From: an uncultured Nitrososphaerota archaeon
GTDB taxonomy: Archaea; Korarchaeota; Korarchaeia; Korarchaeales; Korarchaeaceae
Length of the DNA: 32,000 bases
Direction: 5' to 3'
Assembly: GCA_964480775.1 (NCBI GenBank)
Contig: CAYZRF010000013.1
Coordinates: 25,032 to 57,031 of the forward strand
The translations under genes were made by a program, and so were the position numbers. Shown here in pieces: positions 1 to 8,423 of the stretch (position 1 is its first letter; every line of letters begins with the position of its first letter). A model generated the notes under the pieces. That model was not told the DNA's origin. It saw only the letters and a list, made by a program, of their open reading frames with translations, and made no database searches.

Positions 1-1
1 T

Positions 2-691
2 GCTTTCCTCCCAATTGGATGCATAGAACCACACGGTCCGCATCTTCCTTTAGGAACAGACTTCTTAATTGCTGAATTCATAGCTAATAAACTGTCTGAG
101 AGAATAGAGGGCTTAGTTCTACCGGTCATCACGTACGGGGTAGTCAGAGGACTTTCAGGATTCCCAGGCGCCATAAAGATATCACCAGTCGCCTTAGAGG
201 AAACAGTTTACGGAATTTTGAGTTCTCTTGGTGATAATGGGATAAAAAGGGTGATAATAGTCAACGGACATGGTTCAGAGCACCATGTTAAAGCCATAAA
301 CAAAGGGATGGATAGAGCATGGTTTGACGGCAAGGTTAGAAGTGCCCTTGTTAACTGGTGGGTATATGCCAGAAAGATCTCTGATGAAATTTTTGGTGCG
401 TCAGGAGATCATGCAGGGACGGCCGAAACCGCTATGATTGTCGCTATGAACGATTATCTAATAAAGGATGGACCTATCAAGGAGGAGGATATCGAGCACC
501 TTAAGTCGGGAATAAGAGCTGTTCCCTGGGGTGGATCTATTCTATTGCATGAAGGGGAGGATATGATAATTCCGAACAAAAAAGAAGCAGAGTTCTTTGT
601 GGAGAAACTCTTAGATCGACTAGAAAGTGAAATTCGAGAAATCTTGAACGGATGGACAGTTCAAACTAGAGCCAAGCTTGAGCGAAAATGA
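2..691 (+). CDS. Creatininase-family metal-dependent amidohydrolase; N-terminus lies outside the window
   Basis: Frame 2 is open from base 2. It translates as AFLPIGCIEPHGPHLPLGTDFLIAEF...VIIVNGHG, which resembles the E-x-H-G-x-H-L-P..D and NGHG metal-site motifs of the creatininase fold. The ORF-track start at 218 is only the first TTG. Specific substrate unknown. Confidence 0.7.
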   Translation, partial: AFLPIGCIEPHGPHLPLGTDFLIAEFIANKLSERIEGLVLPVITYGVVRGLSGFPGAIKISPVALEETVYGILSSLGDNGIKRVIIVNGHGSEHHVKAINKGMDRAWFDGKVRSALVNWWVYARKISDEIFGASGDHAGTAETAMIVAMNDYLIKDGPIKEEDIEHLKSGIRAVPWGGSILLHEGEDMIIPNKKEAEFFVEKLLDRLESEIREILNGWTVQTRAKLERK

Positions 692-753
692 GGCGTTTTA
701 TCAAATCAAGAACATAGTTATAAACTACCTATCTGTTTAGGCGAGGATACAAG

Positions 754-1896
754 GTGGCTCACAGTCAGAAAGGAGAGGCAAAGGCCCTAACAATTCAGTC
801 GATATATATGCTGGAAAGTGGGGCACTTTCCACTATACTGCCGCTCTTGATGAAAGAAGAGGGCTTGTCAGTTGGACAAATAGGCATAGTGTACTCTATA
901 GAGCCTATTCTCTTTCAACTAACCAGACTGTTCTTTGGAGCGCTTTCAGACTTTATTGGGAGGAAGCCTTTCTATGTCCTTAATGGCATAGGAAGCTTTC
1001 TTTCGTTCATAGGTTATTACCTTGCAAGGACCCCCATAGGTTTCGCAGCTGGAAGAATACTGAGTGCATTTCAAGGAGCCTGTATGTGGGCTGTGAACAG
1101 AGCATATCTCCTTGAACAAAGAGGCGGGGGTATGAAATCTCTGTTCAAGCTGAGAGCAATCACTGCCATATTTGGATCAATAGGAAACCTCCTTGCTGGC
1201 TTTCTGGTTGCTAGGATATTTTACAAACGCTCCCTGCTAGCCCTAATTCCCTTTAGTGTAGCAACAATACTTCTATCTTTAACGTTACCCGAAACCGTAG
1301 AGAGGAAGCGACCGGATGTCAAGAAAGTCCTTAGAACAATAGATCCCAGAGGGAGGTGCTCAGGATTCCTAGAATTCATGGTCCTGTTCTGCATTGCGGG
1401 ATTCTCGATAGGAATTACTTGGGCATACGTCGTCCCTCTGTTCCTGAAATCCATGGACCTCTCCATTGAAAGAATAGGGGCTCTGTTAAGTCTTCAGTCG
1501 TTAGTCTCAGGCATTACCTTATATTTACTCTCTTCAAAGATAAGCCACAGGAAATTCTTGCTATTATCTGGCGTGTACTCCTTTCTCGGTGTTCTCGCAT
1601 TCGGATTTGCAAACAAATCTACTATCCTTCCACTAAGCTTCGTTCTAGGAACGGCATCTGGCGCAATAGGAGCGGTTCACGAAGCAGTGATTGGAAGAAT
1701 AGCCAGGGAGGGAAGTTATGGAGCAGATATAGGGCTTCTCATGCTAGGACTACATAGCGGGAACACGGTTGCACAAGCAATCTCGGGATTCTTGATCTCG
1801 GTTGCTGGATATCCGTTTCTATTTTGTCTTTCTGCGGTCGGATCACTCCTTTTCTCGATTCTTGCGCATATAAAGCTTTCAAAAAAGAAAAATTAA
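754..1896 (+). CDS. MFS-type transporter
   Basis: 380 aa and hydrophobic throughout (about 10-12 predicted helices). MFS motif-A-like GALSDFIGRKP follows the second helix. GTG start with GAGGA 7 nt upstream and TTATAAA at 718-724. Confidence 0.8.
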   Translation: MAHSQKGEAKALTIQSIYMLESGALSTILPLLMKEEGLSVGQIGIVYSIEPILFQLTRLFFGALSDFIGRKPFYVLNGIGSFLSFIGYYLARTPIGFAAGRILSAFQGACMWAVNRAYLLEQRGGGMKSLFKLRAITAIFGSIGNLLAGFLVARIFYKRSLLALIPFSVATILLSLTLPETVERKRPDVKKVLRTIDPRGRCSGFLEFMVLFCIAGFSIGITWAYVVPLFLKSMDLSIERIGALLSLQSLVSGITLYLLSSKISHRKFLLLSGVYSFLGVLAFGFANKSTILPLSFVLGTASGAIGAVHEAVIGRIAREGSYGADIGLLMLGLHSGNTVAQAISGFLISVAGYPFLFCLSAVGSLLFSILAHIKLSKKKN

Positions 1897-3089
1897 ACTC
1901 GAAAGAGAAGCACAGTTATTGTTCCCGACATGATCGTAATGACAGTTACTGGTATAAGGTATCTGTAAACCTTGAGCATACTTGCGCCAAAGTACTCGCT
2001 TGTCAAAGTGTAGCATGCGTGTAACGGTGAGACGACATAGCCTAATATAGAACAGGTTAGTATAAGTCCCGTTTCCAAAGAACCTATCGGAATAAGGTTG
2101 GCAAGCAGTGGAACTGCAAGAGCTATTGTACCAGTTGGTGTACCCAGCGTAAAACCCAAGATAGATGGTATTAGCACTAGCAACAGAACGCTGGGAATGT
2201 TGCTCCCACCTATTAGGGATGCAATTGTCTTAGTTACACCAGAAGCTTCTACTGTTGATCTGTAGATCATAACTCCAAGCCCTACGAGAATCATCTCTGG
2301 CAAACGAGCTTCTTTGATTGATTTCCTAAATTTTCCATCCTTTAACTGTCCTAAGATCAACAAGAATGAGATTGCTAGCAGAACCCCAACGGTGATTAAC
2401 CATCTTCTTATGACACCAAACACGGCAACTAAAATTATGGGAAACACAGCCTTTGCGAGTTGCTTCTTTGAAAAACTTCCTTCCATCCTTCTTGTAGTTT
2501 TCTCAAATCCCTTAAGAAGCCAAATTACCTGACCAACGAGAATTGAAGTGAGAAAAACGGGAAGCTGAGCTATTATCAGGGGTTTAACATCGACTCCAGC
2601 CAAGTAAGAAGCCAAGAGTAGCGTAGTACCAACGGGATAAACAAAGAAAACAACATGCCTAAACCAGAGGTTGATGAACGTCTTTTCCTCGGCATCTAAT
2701 CCAAGGTCATTACCCACTGCCTCTACAACAGGAGCTGACATCAGGGCCCCTCCTAAAACTGGCAAGAGACCGAATATTGCAGGCACCAGTTCCGTTACTA
2801 ACTTATCACTTGGTAAAGCTTTCCTTAAACCATTCGAAAGCTCCTCTAAGAGACCAGTTACCTTGTATATGGATCCTAATAAAGCGATTAAAGCAACTGC
2901 TGCCGTCAGCTCAAAAGTCTTCCTGTCGAAGAGAGCTTTTATCATGGTTTGAGCCAAGTCTGGTGGCGACATAGATACAAGACCTAAAACAACGGAACCC
3001 GCCAAAAGAGCTAGGCCTATCCCAGCTTTTCTAATCACTAAGATGAAGATCAGCGTTAGTGATGTCAGTAGCCCTATAAGTTCCGACAA
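1893..3089 (-). CDS. Polytopic membrane protein, DUF401-like permease
   Basis: 398 aa and almost entirely hydrophobic. The N-terminus and the GLLPVLGGALMSAPVVEAV segment resemble my memory of the DUF401 family. TTG start at 3089 with an AT-rich box (AAGATATTAAAC on the coding strand) about 35-45 nt upstream. The family assignment is from memory only. Confidence 0.6.
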   Translation of the reverse strand: MSELIGLLTSLTLIFILVIRKAGIGLALLAGSVVLGLVSMSPPDLAQTMIKALFDRKTFELTAAVALIALLGSIYKVTGLLEELSNGLRKALPSDKLVTELVPAIFGLLPVLGGALMSAPVVEAVGNDLGLDAEEKTFINLWFRHVVFFVYPVGTTLLLASYLAGVDVKPLIIAQLPVFLTSILVGQVIWLLKGFEKTTRRMEGSFSKKQLAKAVFPIILVAVFGVIRRWLITVGVLLAISFLLILGQLKDGKFRKSIKEARLPEMILVGLGVMIYRSTVEASGVTKTIASLIGGSNIPSVLLLVLIPSILGFTLGTPTGTIALAVPLLANLIPIGSLETGLILTCSILGYVVSPLHACYTLTSEYFGASMLKVYRYLIPVTVITIMSGTITVLLFRV

Positions 3090-3249
3090 GGACTAACCCA
3101 AACCACATCCGGTTTTCCATATGTTTAATATCTTTACTGAAGAGTGTGTTACTCTGGCTGGTTTACTTCTCTTTTGATAGGTCTTCGAGTAGTTAATGAA
3201 ATGTCATTTTAGCCTCTAAATGGAATTAATTTGATTTCACATCCGAAGG

Positions 3250-4464
3250 CTAATAAAGCAAAAACGCCTTTCTTTCCTCTTTAAATTCATCTTCAGAAGC
3301 TTTTATCTCCTCATATAGGATGAAAGGATCTGTTCTTTCTTCAAGCGCTTTTCTAACCTTATCTGTACCAGCAAGACAATCGAAATAATAACCCTGCGCC
3401 CCTCTAGGTCGCTTTAACCATTCAAACTTATCAGAATGTTCTCTTAAGACCTCACTTAAGAGACAAAGGGCAACTAGAAATGGTCTGAAACTATTTCTAT
3501 CTATTACATGCAGTTGAACGCCTCTGCATTCCTTCCCAGCGTACTTTGAGAAAGTTGGCACAAACCTCACTTCTCTGAAAAGCACTCCATCTAGCTTGAG
3601 TTCACTTAACCTATTTGTCAATTTCCTTCCATCAATCCACGGTGCTCCTATGATCTCAAAGGGTCTTGTTGTCCCTCTTCCTTCAGAGAGATTAGTTCCT
3701 TCTAAGAGAACCATTCCAGGGTAAACTATTGCTGTTTCCAATGTTGGGATGTTTGGGGATGGCATGATCCATGGAAGTCCCGTTTGATCGAACCACATGT
3801 CTCTTTGCCATCCATCCATAGTAACAACCACGAGGTCAGCTCCTATTTCATGCTTCTTGTTGAAAAGTAGTGCTAATTCGCCAACAGTCATTCCATGTCT
3901 TAATGCTATTGGTAACATACCTACAAACGATCTAAACCTTGGATCGAGGACATAACCTTCAACAGTCACTCCATTGATAGGATTAGGTCTGTCTAAAACA
4001 ATGAAAAGCTTGTTTAGCCTTGATGCAGCCGCCATACTTAGAGCCATGGTCCATATGTAGGTGTAGACCCTAGTACCAACATCTTGAATGTCAAATAGTA
4101 GTGCTTCAACCTCTTCTAAACTTTCTGTTAATGGGGCTCTCGCTTCTGCTGCTAAAATAGAGTCCACAACGTATTCTGGACCCTCTGCATGACCTGCTGG
4201 TCTATAAAGGCTTTTTATCGGAACTCCTGTATCTTCATCAAATTCATCCTCTACGTATTCACCTGCCTGTGCAGACCCCCAAAAACCGTGTTCTGGTGCA
4301 AAAATTGCGACTAAGTCAATGTTTCCTTTCCGCACAAGGAGATTCTTCAGGTGAATGAGTCTGGAGTTAACTGCCGTGTAGTTTGTGATGAGACCAACCT
4401 TCATTCCCTCGATCAGGTTTAGCTCTTTCCGAAAAAGAACTTCTAACCCTGACTTAACCGTCAT
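3250..4464 (-). CDS. namZ: DUF1343 family protein, NamZ(YbbC)-like exo-beta-N-acetylmuramidase
   Basis: Conserved DUF1343 blocks are present along the full length: VGLITN, FAPEHGF.G.AQAGE, FDIQDVGTR.YTYI, LDRPNP, LRHGMT.GELA, GLPW.MPSPN.PT, EGTN.SEGRGTT.PFE, FTPTFSK. I chose the start at ATG 4464 (MTVKSG...) because GGAGG lies 9 nt upstream. The longest ORF would start at 4512. Confidence 0.8.
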   Translation of the reverse strand: MTVKSGLEVLFRKELNLIEGMKVGLITNYTAVNSRLIHLKNLLVRKGNIDLVAIFAPEHGFWGSAQAGEYVEDEFDEDTGVPIKSLYRPAGHAEGPEYVVDSILAAEARAPLTESLEEVEALLFDIQDVGTRVYTYIWTMALSMAAASRLNKLFIVLDRPNPINGVTVEGYVLDPRFRSFVGMLPIALRHGMTVGELALLFNKKHEIGADLVVVTMDGWQRDMWFDQTGLPWIMPSPNIPTLETAIVYPGMVLLEGTNLSEGRGTTRPFEIIGAPWIDGRKLTNRLSELKLDGVLFREVRFVPTFSKYAGKECRGVQLHVIDRNSFRPFLVALCLLSEVLREHSDKFEWLKRPRGAQGYYFDCLAGTDKVRKALEERTDPFILYEEIKASEDEFKEERKAFLLY

Positions 4465-6097
4465 CTCCCCAAACCTCCGGTATGATCCCATGGCCTCTTT
4501 GAAACGTCTCATCTAAGGAGACTGGAAGTCTCCCTTTTGGTTTTGCTTTTCCAATTAGAACGTCAATCAGGGCTTTCTGCATTGGCTCATGATAATCATA
4601 TATTGCTAAATGATTTTCTACCCAAGGGAACGAAAGTATATCATAAGGAGTTCCAAGCGAGATTATTATGAGGCATTTACCCTTCTCGCTGGCAAGAGTG
4701 TGCAGTTCCCTTACTAATTCGTGCTCTTTGGAGTACCTTAGAACCTCTCTCGTGCATACGATGATAGAATCAGCCCACGAAATGTGTTTGGTGGATTCTT
4801 CTAATATCTCATCAGCTCTTTCTTCTTGGAAATAAATCTCTCTAACATCAAATCCTTCTGATAACATCTTTTCACCCAATGTTGAGGTACTTTCGCCCGT
4901 TTCAACGAGCTTTCTCACTCTCTCTGGACATATAACCAAAACCTTGAGCGAGCCTTTCTTTAGGGGAAGACAATCTTCTCCAAGCTTAACTAGAGTAACT
5001 GATTCCTTACACACCTTTCTTTCAAGATCGAAGAGTCTTTCAAAGTCAGGCTCTATTCTTTGCAATACCAAAGCTTTTTTCTTCAGGTCCATAACCCTCT
5101 GAAGGGCTTCCTTCACCCTTTCCTTAGAAAGAAGCCCCTTCTTAACAGCCTCTATAACGAAGTCGATCGCATTCATTTGTTCTTCAAAATCTCTGCAGAT
5201 TAGAGCCATGTCTTCTCCTGCTTTCAGGGTGAGCAGGCATGTTTCAGCCAACGAATATCTTTTGCTGACTGCACCCATCAGGAGATCGTCTGATAAAATA
5301 GCTCCACGAAAACCTAGCTCATACCTTAGAGTTCCTTCGATTATCTTTTTTGATAGAGTAGCTGGCATTTCTGGATCGATTTCTGGTACTACTACGTGAG
5401 AAGGCATTATAGCGTCCACACCTTCCTTTATAGCTTCCACAAAAGGAGCGAATTCCCTGTTCCACATGACATCTAGGGAGATGTCCAAGACAGGTAGGTC
5501 AATATGTGGATCTATTGAGGCAGCCCCTATGCCAGGAAAATGCTTGGCAACAGCCATGACTCCGGATTCTCGCAGTCCAGCTATCATTGCTCTTCCCATC
5601 TTTGACACAAGAGCAGGGTCATCACCAAAAGATCTAACACCTATTGAAGGATTTGTTTTATCAAGTATTATGTCCACGACTGGCGCTAGATTTATGTTGA
5701 CTCCGAGCCATCTTAGTTGCTCTCCAATAGCCCTACCAGTTGAATAAGCCAATTCTATAGAACTAGTTGCCCCTAAAGCCATATTTCCTGGAAAAACAGC
5801 AAAATCTTTCCTTACCCTAGCAACTAGGCCCCCTTCTTGATCAATTGAGACGAGAAGGGGTGTACCAGTTAGCTCGAGCGAGAGTTCATTGGCTTCAGAT
5901 ATTAACTTCCGTAGTTGTTCCTTTGTATCTACATTTCTTGAGAATATTATTATTCCTCCAGGTCTCAGCTCTTCCAAAAGGTCCTTTAACCCTTCTTCCA
6001 TTCTTTTTCCGTCAAAACCGAGCATAAAGAGCTGTCTAACCCTGTCCTCAAGAGACATTTTCGAAACAGATTTTATAGGGTCCCAAGCCTGGCTCAT
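4454..6097 (-). CDS. nagZ: Glycoside hydrolase family 3 beta-N-acetylhexosaminidase, two-domain NagZ type
   Basis: GH3 N-domain motifs are present (LFMLGFDG, IDQEGG.V.R, GVN.NLAPV.D, KHFPGIG, ILSDDL.M). An extra C-terminal domain of about 200 aa matches the Bacillus two-domain NagZ layout. GAGGT lies 9 nt upstream of the ATG. No signal peptide. Confidence 0.85.
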   Translation of the reverse strand: MSQAWDPIKSVSKMSLEDRVRQLFMLGFDGKRMEEGLKDLLEELRPGGIIIFSRNVDTKEQLRKLISEANELSLELTGTPLLVSIDQEGGLVARVRKDFAVFPGNMALGATSSIELAYSTGRAIGEQLRWLGVNINLAPVVDIILDKTNPSIGVRSFGDDPALVSKMGRAMIAGLRESGVMAVAKHFPGIGAASIDPHIDLPVLDISLDVMWNREFAPFVEAIKEGVDAIMPSHVVVPEIDPEMPATLSKKIIEGTLRYELGFRGAILSDDLLMGAVSKRYSLAETCLLTLKAGEDMALICRDFEEQMNAIDFVIEAVKKGLLSKERVKEALQRVMDLKKKALVLQRIEPDFERLFDLERKVCKESVTLVKLGEDCLPLKKGSLKVLVICPERVRKLVETGESTSTLGEKMLSEGFDVREIYFQEERADEILEESTKHISWADSIIVCTREVLRYSKEHELVRELHTLASEKGKCLIIISLGTPYDILSFPWVENHLAIYDYHEPMQKALIDVLIGKAKPKGRLPVSLDETFQRGHGIIPEVWGDDG

Positions 6098-6103
6098 TAT
6101 GAA

Positions 6104-7210
6104 CTACCTCTTTACTATGGCACCTACAACGGCATTATGGAATAAGGGCCTAAACTTGAGAAGCATTTCGTTTTCTCTCGTCGGATGTACTCTGTTTGTT
6201 AAAAGGACAACCAATAGCTTCAATTTTGGATCAATCCATATTGATGTACCTGTAAATCCTGTGTGACCATATGCCTTCGTAGAAAGCAAGTCCCCGCTTG
6301 AAGTTACTCCCCTTGAGTTGATCAGCCAACCAAGACCCCTTCTATACCCCATACCTTTGGTGTGATTCTTTGTCATCTTCTTTACTGTTGGAGGGCTGAG
6401 GACCCTTACATTATTGTACTTCCCTAAATTTAGGAACATTTGGGCAAATATCGCAGCATCAAAAGCTTTTGAGAAAAGACCTGCATGACCCGCAACTCCT
6501 CCAAGAGCGTAAGCTCTTTCGTCATGTACTTCTCCAATTAGGACCCTGTCTCTCCACTTGCAGAATTCAGTGGCAGCTATTCTCTCTTTAAGATGTTCTG
6601 GGGGATTAAACATCGTGTCTTCCATTCCCAAGGGAAGAAATATGTTCTCTCGTGAGAAAACATCCAAGGGTTTTCCACTGACCTCCTTTACAATCTCTCC
6701 CAAAAGTATATAGCCCAAATCACTGTAGATAACCCTCTTTCCAGGTTCACATAGCTGCTCGGAATCTAAAATCGCCTTGATTATTCCCTCCTTTCCAAGC
6801 TTGTGTACTGGCTTAAACGGAGGAAGACCAGAAGTGTGGGTTAGCAGGTGCCAAAGAGTGACTTCCTTGTAGCGCCACTTTATCTCAGGGAAATAGTCAG
6901 CAACGCGTTCTTTAAGGGTTAAAACACCCTTTTCAACCAAAACCATTATAGAAGTAGCAGTCGCCATGACTTTTGTCAAAGATGCCATATCAAATATCGT
7001 GTTCTTTGTCATCTCCCTTGTAAATGGCGTCTTGACCGCATAACCGAGTGCTTCATGAGCTACTATAACCCCCTTCCTCGCAATTAGATACACAGCTCCA
7101 GGAAAAGCTTCATTGTTTATCCATTTAGCCGTTAACTCTCTTAGATGATTAAGTCTAGACGGATCCATGCCTACGTCTTCAGGGGAGCCATATTCTAGCT
7201 TCATTATCAT
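6104..7210 (-). CDS. Beta-lactamase-fold serine hydrolase; AmiE(YbbE)-like candidate MurNAc-L-alanine amidase
   Basis: Carries SxxK (SLTK), Y-S-D (YSDLGY) and H-T-G (GHTGFTG) motifs in the order typical of the class-C beta-lactamase/esterase fold. It ends 6 nt upstream of the nagZ start. The functional call rests on synteny with the B. subtilis amiE-nagZ-ybbC order. No signal peptide. Confidence 0.75.
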   Translation of the reverse strand: MIMKLEYGSPEDVGMDPSRLNHLRELTAKWINNEAFPGAVYLIARKGVIVAHEALGYAVKTPFTREMTKNTIFDMASLTKVMATATSIMVLVEKGVLTLKERVADYFPEIKWRYKEVTLWHLLTHTSGLPPFKPVHKLGKEGIIKAILDSEQLCEPGKRVIYSDLGYILLGEIVKEVSGKPLDVFSRENIFLPLGMEDTMFNPPEHLKERIAATEFCKWRDRVLIGEVHDERAYALGGVAGHAGLFSKAFDAAIFAQMFLNLGKYNNVRVLSPPTVKKMTKNHTKGMGYRRGLGWLINSRGVTSSGDLLSTKAYGHTGFTGTSIWIDPKLKLLVVLLTNRVHPTRENEMLLKFRPLFHNAVVGAIVKR

Positions 7211-7232
7211 CTTTCATTCCATTCGGGGGAAA

Positions 7233-7240
7233 CTATTAAG
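7233..7240. promoter_or_regulatory. Single TATA-like element (CTATTAAG) in a 55-bp divergent intergenic region
   Basis: This is the only AT-rich box between the minus-strand ATG at 7210 and the plus-strand ATG at 7266. Its centre lies about 26 nt from the first and about 30 nt from the second. Confidence 0.3.
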
Positions 7241-7265
7241 TGATTCCCGATTGTCTGGTCACGGC

Positions 7266-8033
7266 ATGATCGACAGAGTGCTACTTGACGTCGACGGAGT
7301 TTTGATTGAGAATCCATACAAAAAGCTGATATTTCCAGAAGTAGCTCGGAAGCTCGTTGAAGAAGAGAAAGTCCAGGTATTTGTCGATATGATGATGAAA
7401 GAGAGCATTAGGAGAACAAAGGAGGGTAAATTAGTTAGTGCATATGATTGGGATGACATAGTTAAGACTGTATGTAAGATGTTTGGCGTTAATAGAAGCA
7501 TTTCTGTAGTAGATGTTGTTATAGAGGTTTGCTCATCTTTCTCTGAAATAAAGGCCTACCCAGATGTTATACCGACCCTCATAGATCTTAGGAATAGGGG
7601 AATCGAGTTAATTGCGCTAACGAACGGGTTCTATGAAATAGTAACCCCGGTCTTGAGAAAAACTGGGGTGCTCGAGCTCCTAGATGGTTTAGTAACTCCG
7701 GACAAGGTTGGTGCGGCAAAACCATCTCCAGAGATCTTCCTAACTGCTATAAAGGGAGCAATTAAGCCTATATTCGTTGGAGACAACGTTTCAGTGGATA
7801 TATGCGGTGCAAATTCTGCTGGAATATCATCAGTTTTACTATGGAGAGAACTCTCAAGAGAGCTAAGTGTGAACCCTAGGGAAAGGGCAGTTAGAGCCTA
7901 TCTCCTTGGGTTAATCCGAGAAAAGCTAATAAATGAAAGTACTTCTTTTCTAGCACCTTTGAACGGCTGTGTTCCAGATTTTTTAATCAAAAACCTCAAA
8001 GAACTCGTTAAAATCGTTGAAATGGTGAATTAA
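7266..8033 (+). CDS. HAD-superfamily hydrolase (phosphatase-like)
   Basis: HAD motifs are present in order: LLDVDGVL (DxD), ALTNG, AAKPSPEIF, FVGDNVSVDICGA. The start is set at ATG 7266 (MIDRVLLDVDG). The longer ORF from 7167 overlaps the upstream divergent gene. Confidence 0.75.
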   Translation: MIDRVLLDVDGVLIENPYKKLIFPEVARKLVEEEKVQVFVDMMMKESIRRTKEGKLVSAYDWDDIVKTVCKMFGVNRSISVVDVVIEVCSSFSEIKAYPDVIPTLIDLRNRGIELIALTNGFYEIVTPVLRKTGVLELLDGLVTPDKVGAAKPSPEIFLTAIKGAIKPIFVGDNVSVDICGANSAGISSVLLWRELSRELSVNPRERAVRAYLLGLIREKLINESTSFLAPLNGCVPDFLIKNLKELVKIVEMVN

Positions 8034-8038
8034 TTCAG

Positions 8039-8227
8039 TTATGGGAATTTCTTTGACGCTTGCTCTCCACCTGAGCCCCAGTTTTCTTTAGGTATATCGT
8101 GAATGATCACTGTTACAGCAGATGCTTTCACTCCAACTTCCTCAAAGGCTTTTGTTATCCCTTTTATTACTTTCTCCTTTAAGGAAGCATCTCTACCAGC
8201 CCACCAGAACACATGAACTACAGGCAT
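8039..8227 (-). CDS. 4-oxalocrotonate tautomerase family protein
   Basis: 62 aa starting MP (catalytic Pro1). It has the typical 4-OT layout ...V....GR....K..........GV....V.V.I.....NWG.GGE. Confidence 0.8.
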   Translation of the reverse strand: MPVVHVFWWAGRDASLKEKVIKGITKAFEEVGVKASAVTVIIHDIPKENWGSGGEQASKKFP

Positions 8228-8247
8228 AAGGACCCCACCATAACCTC

Positions 8248-8272
8248 TTACAATTCTTTATTAATCTTGTAA
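8248..8272. promoter_or_regulatory. Inverted repeat TTACAA-N13-TTGTAA bracketing a TATA-like box
   Basis: TTACAA at 8248-8253 and TTGTAA at 8267-8272. The spacer contains TTTATTAAT, which lies about 30 nt upstream of the tautomerase start at 8227 on the minus strand. Confidence 0.3.
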
Positions 8273-8423
8273 CAAAACATCCGATGCTCAAGGCCAAAGT
8301 TCTAAGAAGGTAATTCACAATTTTGATAATAATGGTTCGTAAGCCTTGTTCCTTTAAGAAAAAACTAAGTTGCTAAGAAAAGAGGCTCATTTTTTATTTT
8401 CAATGCCATCTCTATGTGGAAAA

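Noticed and set aside
2-691. Assigning the creatininase-fold gene to the archaeal riboflavin/F420 enzyme ArfB, or to the MurNAc cluster
   Set aside because: Only the general fold motifs are recognisable, and the N-terminus is missing. Its similarity to ArfB, as I remember that sequence, is weak. Adjacency alone does not justify a pathway role.
4454-4512. Apparent 59-nt overlap between nagZ and the longest namZ ORF
   Set aside because: The overlap is resolved by using the internal ATG at 4464, which has GGAGG 9 nt upstream and gives a DUF1343-typical N-terminus. The residual overlap is 11 nt.
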